From Eledone cirrhosa (lineage: Eukaryota): a DNA stretch of 64,000 nt. Every line of letters begins with the position of its first letter. Position 1 is the first letter of the stretch. The DNA lies in the NCBI GenBank assembly GCA_964016885.1, contig OZ024742.1, positions 217,744,001 through 217,808,000 on the forward strand. The letters run 5' to 3'. A program made the translations under genes and the position numbers. Positions 55,856 through 64,000 of this stretch are shown piece by piece. Under the pieces are notes generated by a model. That model did not search any database and had not been told where the DNA came from. It saw only the letters and a program-made list of their open reading frames with translations.

Positions 55856-57148
55856 GTGGTGGCGGTGTTGGTGGTGGTGGTGGCGGTGCTGGTGGTAGGT
55901 GGTGGTGGTGGTGGCGGTGTTGGGTGGTGGTGGTAGGTGGTGGTGGTGGTAGGTTGTGGTGGGTGGTGGTAGGTGGTAGGTGGAGGTGGTGGGTGATGGT
56001 GGCGGTACTGGTGGTGGTGGTGGTGGTAGGTGGTGGTGGTGGTAGGTGGTGGTGGTGGTGGCGGTGTTGGTGGTGGTGGTGGTAGGTGGTGGTGGTACTG
56101 GTGTTGGTGGTGGAAGTCGGTGGTGGTGGTGGTACTGGTGTTGGTGGTTGTGGTGGGTGATGGTGGTGGTAGTGATGGTGGCGGTGTTGGTGCTGGTGGT
56201 AGGTGGTGGGTGGGTGGTGGAGGTGGTGGGTGGTGATAGGTGGTGGTAGGTGGTGGTGGTGGTAGGTGGTGGTGGTGGTAGGTTGTGGTGGGTGGTGGTA
56301 GGTGGTAGGTGGAGGTGGTGGGTGATGGTGGTGATAGGTGGTGGTGGTGGGTGATGGTGGTGGTGGAGGTGGTGGTTGGTGATGGTGGCGGTGGTACTGG
56401 TGTTGGTGGTGGGTGATGGTGGTGGTGGTGGCGGTGTTGGTGGTGGTGGTAGATGGTGGTGGTAGGTGGTGGTGGTGGTGGTGGGTGGTGGTGGTGGGTA
56501 ATGATGGTGGTGGTGGTGGTAGTGGTGGTGGTGATGGGTTGTGGTGTTGGTGGTGGTGGTGGGTTTTTTTTTCCGGCAGCGGTGGTGGTGATTGTGGTAG
56601 TGGTGGGGATGCTTGGAGAGGTAGAGGTTGTTGAACAGGTGGATAAAGGTGGTGGTGGTGGTGGTGGTGGGTGTTGAGATGGGGGGGGGGGTGATCTGGT
56701 GAGTGGGGATGTGGTATTTAGTGAGATGGTGGGTAATAATTGGGGTGCTGATGTTGGTGGTGGTGTTATTGTTGTTGTTGTTGATGGTGTTGTTGGTGTT
56801 GTTGTTGTTGGTGGTGGTGGTGTTGGTGTTGGTGGTGTTGGTCGCTTTGGTGTTGGTGGATGTGGTGGTGGTGTGTGTCGGTGCCAGGTGTTGGTGGTAT
56901 TGGTATTGGTGGTGGTGTAGGTGGTGGTGTTGGCGTTGTTGTGGGGGGGGGGGTGTTGTTTGTGGTTTTGGTTGTGGTTGGGGTGTTGGTATTGGTGGTG
57001 GTACAGGTGGTGGTGTTGGCGGTGTTGTTTGTGGTTTGGGTTGTGGTGGTGGGGGTGTTTGTGTTGGTGGTGCTTGTCGGTGCAGGTGTTGGTGGTGTTG
57101 GTATTGGTGTTTGCGGAGCTGCTTGTGTTGGTGTTGGCGGTGGTGATG
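55856..57148. repeat. (GGT)n G-rich low-complexity tract
   Basis: Direct inspection. Confidence 0.9.
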
Positions 57149-57582
57149 AATTTAATTATCATGTATTGAAAACTATTATTATAGTTTGAAGATGAAGGTG
57201 GGGATGGATAAGGAAGAGCTGTCTTCCAGTATACTTGCTAAATAAAGGGTTCTGATTGCAACAGCCATGGCCTGCTTCATTGAACCTATTCTAAACATGT
57301 GAGTGTAGGCGAGAGACCATAACTGGAAGAAAGTACCTCCCATCTTTGGTAATCAAGATAATACTAACAGGTTTCAAGATTTGGTCCCTGGGTGGTTGTT
57401 CCCTTTTTGGTACGCGTTTGTTTATTTCCATTTAGTGTTTGCATATCACACTAGATATAAATGAAAAGAAAAGAAACCTTCACCGTTCATGTATTAATAA
57501 TTTGCCCTTGTAAACTCTCGCCTCAATCTGTTGCACTAGAAGCAATAAAAAAAGTCATTAAGTCACTATTATAATCATTAGT

Positions 57583-57738
57583 AGGGCGGTGGATTGACAG
57601 TGTCGGTAGAGCGTTGGACAATATGCCTTGTAGCATAGAGTTACGACGCTTTACGTTCTGCGTTCAAATCCCACCAAGGTTACCTTTGCCTTTCGTCCTT
57701 ACGAGGTCGATAAAATAAAGTACTAGTAATGCACTTGG
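57583..57738 (+). mobile_element. tRNA-derived SINE, 3' truncated
   Basis: gggcggtggattgacagtgtcgg...gttcaaatccc...ataaaataaagtac. Confidence 0.8.
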
Positions 57739-57817
57739 TAGTGGTGCCGCGATTAAAGTGTGGTATGGGTCGAAGAATGCTCCACTACGGTAGTAGGAGC
57801 TAAAGATCAAAGAGGCT

Positions 57818-58557
57818 GTGGTAAGATACTAGGTGGACCATAACACACCAGAGTACTCAATACTTAGGGAGTTGAAACTGTCTGGATAGATCATCGTGCC
57901 CCCTCAACAACTGATGCCGCGAACAAAACGTGGTCTACCAGTGCAATGTGAGGCTGGAACACTCCAACAAAGCCTACATTGGATTAACCGTCTGCGAGTT
58001 TAAGACCCGGTATTGCCAACACCAACATTCATTTAGAAACCCGGCCCGGCGACACGCTACAGCACTTTCTGGCCATATTTGGGACCTCCAAGACAACAAT
58101 ATTACTTATCATCTAAGCTGGAGCCTACATCCCAAGGCAAAATCTTACACGGGAGGACGCCGTCCGTGCAATTTATGCTCAAAGCAAACGATCCAGATGT
58201 TGTTTGCAAAGGACCAACTGTTAAACAAAAAGGATGAACTCGTTACCTCGTGTAAACACAGAACATATAGGACATATCTTACCTTTAAACCCATCCGTTT
58301 AGCCATCCGTCGCCATGAGGGTAATAAACTATGTACACGACATCCCAGATCACTGACTACTCCCAGAGAGACAAGAAAAACAACAAACTTATAGGATTTT
58401 TTGTTTAGAATTTTTTGTTTATTTTTGCTTTGACTGCATGCCCATATATGGACTGTATCCCTTGATAAGTTCAGCTAGATTTCCGCCGTTCTAATACTGG
58501 TGGCGTAGTTCAGATCTAGCTGTCGAAACGGCCGGAGCTCAACCGTCGGGGTCCTGA

Positions 58558-58564
<7 letters not shown>
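57818..58564 (+). mobile_element. 5'-truncated PLE of a second type: inverted 3' piece, GIY-YIG, hammerhead-like 3' end
   Basis: VVYQ..AYIGLT..FKTRY..H..SF..TALS.HIW.L..CNLC..LLNKKDEL...CKH. Hammerhead-like TTGATAA-G..CAGCTAGAT/ATCTAGCTG-TCGAAAC at 58462-58535. Confidence 0.75.
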
Positions 58565-58649
<85 letters not shown>

Positions 58650-58652
<3 letters not shown>

Positions 58653-58962
58653 AGTATGTATACGTACATACATATATGTATACAGACGTACAGTAGTATG
58701 TATATATATATATATATACATGCACACATATATATATGTACGTATGGATCCACCGAACATTTATTATAATGCTCGGTGTGTTTGTAAACAAACATCCCGA
58801 ATTAAGCCGTACAGTGTCTAGCAACCATCGTTGCACACCGAGCATTATAATAAATGTTCGGTGAATCCATACGTACATATATATATGTGTGCATGTATGT
58901 ATATATATATACATACTACTGTACGTCTGTATACATATAGGTATGTACGTATACATACTTAT
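58650..58962. repeat. Inverted repeat (~130-bp arms) of a family also present at 53700-54150 and 32576-32620
   Basis: Mirror match around 58780-58833; shared gccgtactaagagtg.gaaatgaaatttcgtttcatt. Confidence 0.75.
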
Positions 58963-59875
58963 ATTTAAGTAACAGCCGTACTAAGAGTGGGAAATGAAAT
59001 TTCGTTTCATTTTTTCCGTTTATATATATATATATATATATACAGGGGCGGTGGAAGTATTTTTGAATGAGGGCGGGGGGGGGGGGGGGGGGAGAGAAAA
59101 TTTGGCCAATTTAGTGGTAGCGTTTAGTTTAACTCATTGTACTCTAAAATGGTCAGAAAATGTAATTTGAGTCCACGCAAGTCATATTAGATTTACAACT
59201 TCCAATAATTATTGAAAAATGACCTATCAAATCTATCTCTGAATACACATACGAGCAATTGCCAAATAATGATACGTGGAGAAAACGTTATGACATGACA
59301 AAAAAAAAAACAATTACAATGAAAGTTAACATAATATATTACACTGTTATTATCAAATATCAACCAAGATGTAAAAAAACCCCCAAAACTTCGATATGTG
59401 ATAAACATATGTACATAAATTGTAATGCATATACAAATAGATGTGTGTTTTGGTAGTTTGGGGAGAAAATATAACTATTGGGACACACACATACACACTC
59501 GTCGGACCTCTGCTGTTGTAATGACAACAGCAGAGGTCCGATACGCTTTTGACTCCAGAGACGGGTCAGATCGATGCAGATCGAACCATGAGCTGATCAA
59601 TAGCGAAACGCGCGTCACCAATCAATAAAGGTAATGAAAGCACAACAAATCGTCCTTGTATTATTATATTTACACTCTGTTTAGCTCTACACCTCGGTAC
59701 AGACGTGAATCTAAACATCGAGTGCTCACCTGGGTGAACCTACAGTAACTTCATGTTACACTCCCTGGATATATATATATATATAGTAATAATAATAAAT
59801 TAGAAGACTAATATATATACACACATATATGTATATACATAAATCTAATCTGAGTTTTTCGAATATTAATAATAA

Positions 59876-60057
59876 TTGTTTCTACTTTTGGCACAAGGCC
59901 AGTAATTACCCAGTGCACTACTGGTACTTTATTTTATCGACCCCGTAAGGATGAAAGGCAAAGTTTACCTCGGTGGGATTTGAACTCAGACGATAAAGGA
60001 CTGTAACTCTATGCTGCAAAGCATGGTGTCCAACTCTCTACCGATACTGCCAATCCA
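59876..60057 (-). mobile_element. tRNA-derived SINE
   Basis: Matches the family consensus. Confidence 0.85.
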
Positions 60058-60284
60058 CGTCGATTCGTTTGCAATTATGCAAACAAGCCTCATTTTTACA
60101 ACATAAGTTAAAAGACCAAATACACTGAGACGATGGTTAAACCATTATCCGCACAGCCATAGAAACGACCACGTAATTCGGGTCAAACAAATAAAATATG
60201 ATTGAAAATTATGGAAGGTTGGTAATATCCAGCATTGGGTTTCTGCAACTCCTAAATCAAGTACTGTCTGCTTAGACAAATAAT

Positions 60285-60471
60285 TGTTTCTACGTTTGGC
60301 ACAAGGCCAGAAATTACCCAGAGCATTACTGGTACTTTATTTTATCGACCCCGTAAGGATGAAAGGCAAAGTTAACCTCGGCGGGATTTGAACTCAGAAT
60401 GGCAAGGGCCGCAACTCTATACGTCAAAGCATAGCGTCCGACCCTCTACCGATACTGCCAATCCACCGCCC
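60285..60471 (-). mobile_element. Full-length tRNA-derived SINE with 13-bp target-site duplication
   Basis: ttagacaaataat at 60272-60284 and 60472-60484. The uninterrupted site is visible in the homologue at ~19885-19900. Confidence 0.9.
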
Positions 60472-60701
60472 TTAGACAAATAATGTTAAGCTTTTGGTAT
60501 GATGATCGAACAAGGAAGTCACTTTCTCAACAGGCTTTTAGTTCAGTGCCAAGCCAAGGACTGACCGTTATCAAAACCCACGTGGGGATTGACAAGGGGG
60601 GGGGGGGGACCCTTAGTTTTGGCGGATGAATTCAGTATGTGTGTTGTTGCAAAAAATTGCAAAATATCACAAAACGAATTAAGCTCTCAACAGAATGGTT
60701 T

Positions 60702-60755
<54 letters not shown>

Positions 60756-60761
<6 letters not shown>

Positions 60762-61277
60762 AAAGAATAGAGGTGTAACACACAAGTTATTATATATTGG
60801 TAAACGGAATAGAAAATGCTGACAAATTGTTCACAGTTGAAAAATGGTTTAATTAGGAATAAAAGAGTATTAGTGATTGTATGGGTTAGTATTCAGTTGT
60901 GGTTTTAAGTTTTTAAGTTTTTACCGGTTGCGCATTTCTAAATGCTTTTCAAAAATAATTTTGAGATAGAGTGTCCGTGCTGTTTGCTCTGATCTGATTA
61001 GTTTTGGGAATTCTACCTGTTTTTATGTTAAAAAAATGGCTCCAGCGTTATTTTTGTGTTGCAAAAATGCTCGTGGTCAAAACAATTTTGATTGGTCGGT
61101 AGAGGTCATGTGAATGTAAAAAGTTGATTTTGCGCCAAGACTGTTTTTATGTTAAAATGTTAGAAAAGTGGCTCCAGCAAAAATTATTGGTCAAAACAAT
61201 TTTGATTGGTCGGTAGAGGTCATGTGGATAAAAAATTGGTTTTGCGCCAAGATTGAGAAATGACTCTTTCACAACAA

Positions 61278-61345
<68 letters not shown>

Positions 61346-61414
61346 TAGTAGTAGTAAGGTGTTCGATGCTGCGACAATAGCCACCAGCGATGTGTGTCAA
61401 ATGGCTATTAAGAT

Positions 61415-61452
<38 letters not shown>

Positions 61453-62962
61453 GTGTGTGTGTATGCGTACATACACACAGCAGAGTCATTCGAAGGTCAA
61501 AAGATATTTTTCAGCTTTTGTCTTATACGGAGAAGTGCGTGTGTGTGTGTGTGTGTGTGTGTGTATAAGTCTCTTTGTATGTTGATGTAGGCGTGTGTAT
61601 GTGTTTGTGTATATATGTGTGTGTGTGTGTGTGTGCGTGTGTGGGTGGACCAGTATTTTTTTCCCCCCCTGGTAAAATGGTGTACATTATTCGATTTTTT
61701 CAGTAAAATCGGTTCTCTTAATAGAACATCAACAATCTTAACAATAAAAGGTGTGAAATGATATTCACTATATATATATACACACACACACACACATATA
61801 TATTTTCACTACATATATATATATATATATACATATATACATACATATATATGCACATATATTTTTTTGTATTGCACCATAGAGCATGTGTGTTTACGTG
61901 TGTCATTGTGTTTATATGTGGGTAGAGATGTGTGCTGATGTAGGTATGTATGTTGACGTGTGTATGTTGTGGGTTCGTCTTAGGGAGAAGTGTTTAGACG
62001 GGGTCCGTATTTGTTAATGAAGTAAGATTCCTTGCTGATGCGCTGGGTGTGGGTGGCATTATCTTTAAATTTGTAGAGGGGAAAGATTCTGGAGTTGGGA
62101 TGATTTTGGGCGGCACAGGTATCAATGTGTTCACTCAGTGGTATTTTCCTGTATTCCCGTATTTTAATTTGGGATCTATGGACAGTCATGCGTTGGCGGA
62201 GGCTGTTTTTGGTCTGGCCTATGTATTGTTCTCGACAACCTGAACAAGTTAATACATATATTAAATTTTCCGATGCACATGTGAAATTGTGTTTTACTAT
62301 AAAACGTTGTCCATCTTTGAAATAGAATTCCGAACCCTCTATTAGGTTGATGCAAATGCCACAGTTGGGTCTATCGCATTTTTTACTGTGGGTTTCGTTG
62401 TTGTGGTTGGCAGTACTTTGGCATGTGTTAAGATGTTTTTCATTGACTTGGATTGTCTTTTGCTCTTTATGATATCGTGTGTTCGTAGAATTTGGTTCAT
62501 TCTATGGTCCTTTTTCAATACAGGGATGTTCTGGAGGATGGTGTCAAAGGCCTCATTGTTGAGGGGGTTGTGTGTGGAGATGTATGGAAGAGCTTTTAGT
62601 TTTGGTTGATTTACTTTAGGGTGTCTAAGGTCCTGGGTACTGAGTTTTAGGGCACGTTGGATTCCATTGTCAATTAGTGATGCAGGGTAGTCCCTGCCTA
62701 TGAGTGTGTCCTTTAGTTCTTGTAGCCGTAAGTAGCAGATGTTTTTATTGGAGACTATAGTACAGATTCTCTTGGCTAAGTTGTAGGGAATATTAATTTT
62801 AACGTGTCTAGGGTGGCAAGAGTTGAAGGGGAGGTACTTAAAAACTTAAAACCACAACTGAATACTAACCCATACAATCACTAATACTCTTTTATTCCTA
62901 ATTAAACCATTTTTCAACTGTGAACAATTTGTCAGCATTTTCTATTCCGTTTACCAATATAT
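60756..62962 (-). mobile_element. Second, 5'-truncated copy of the 42-47 kb PLE, capped by an inverted pseudo-LTR piece (62836-62962)
   Basis: Reverse-complement match to 45392-47489; a forward-orientation pseudo-LTR fragment starts at the truncation point. Confidence 0.92.
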
Positions 62963-63018
62963 ATATATATATATATACACACACATATATACTGTATATA
63001 TATATATATATTACAATA

Positions 63019-63440
63019 GGGCGGTGGATTGGCAGTATCGGTGGAGGATCGGGCACGATGCTTTGCAGCATAGAGTTACGGCCCTTTACGGGTTGAGTTC
63101 AAATCCCACCGAGACTAACTTTGCCTTTCATCCTTACGGGGGTCGATAAAATAAAGTACCAGTCACGCACTGGGGTCGATTTAATCGACTTTCTCCTCCC
63201 CCAAAATTATGGCCTTGTGCCTATATAAGAAACCATATATATATAATCCAATGAATAATTGTTTCTACTTTAGGCACAAGGCCAGCAATTACCCAGTGCA
63301 TTACTGGTACTTTATTTTATCGACCCCGTAAGGATGAAAGGCAAAGTCAACCTCGGCGGGTTTTGAACTCAGATCGTAAAGGGTCGTAACTCTATGCTGG
63401 AAAGCATGGCGTCCGACCCTCTACCGATACTGCCAATCCA
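63019..63440. mobile_element. Tail-to-tail inverted pair of SINEs (+ 63019-63233, - 63260-63440)
   Basis: Both match the family; the second is flanked by aatgaataat repeats. Confidence 0.88.
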
Positions 63441-63565
63441 ATGAATAATACTCTAGGTACATGATGGACTTCATCGGAATTTTATAACTCAATATAGGAT
63501 CTTCATGACAACAAATCCTATAGTTCTCTCCTCGCTATGACTCTCATGCCCATATACTTTCATTT

Positions 63566-63641
<76 letters not shown>

Positions 63642-63900
63642 ACACACACATACACACACACGCACATATACACACACACGCACATATACACACAGATACA
63701 CACGCACGCACATATATATATATATATACACACACACACGCATATATATATATATATATAATACACACATATACACACACACATATATACATACACACAT
63801 ACACACACACACATACACACATACACACACATATGCGCACACACACGCTCACACACATACACACAACACACATGGACGCACACACACACGCGCGCACGCG

Positions 63901-63945
<45 letters not shown>

Positions 63946-64000
63946 TTTTATTTTATTTTATTCCGGTCTCTTATTTTTATACAGTATTTTTATTCCTTTA

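Noticed and set aside
55834-57162. 442-aa Pro/Thr/His-rich ORF (extensin or mucin-like)
   Set aside because: By-product of a (CCA)n tract that lacks stop codons; several frames are open and no domain is present.

Overview
AT-rich, microsatellite-dense eukaryotic DNA, most likely from a coleoid cephalopod (Octopus-like; inferred from the single-exon C2H2 gene, the abundant tRNA-derived SINE and the RTE families). The only host gene is a 7-finger C2H2 zinc-finger ORF at 1392-2165. The rest is mobile or repetitive: four decayed RTE-type LINEs, a Tx1/L1-like LINE in two out-of-order pieces, a Helitron 3' half, mariner and piggyBac-like MITEs, about 15 copies of one tRNA-derived SINE, a 5.7-kb satellite with a 49-bp unit, and many Penelope-like element (PLE) pieces lying in (TA)n tracts. 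Three things stand out. (1) A near-complete EN+ PLE at 42438-47489 has two ORFs: a coiled-coil ORF1 that overlaps an ATG-less RT/GIY-YIG frame at a T_TTT_TTA -1 slippery site, plus a variant hammerhead ribozyme in its pseudo-LTR. (2) About a dozen hammerhead-ribozyme motifs occur, several inside short non-coding units with terminal direct repeats (retrozyme-like). (3) Many fold-back palindromes can be traced to PLE 3' ends. Most ORF-track entries are microsatellite artefacts. All calls were made by eye; boundaries of decayed elements are approximate.
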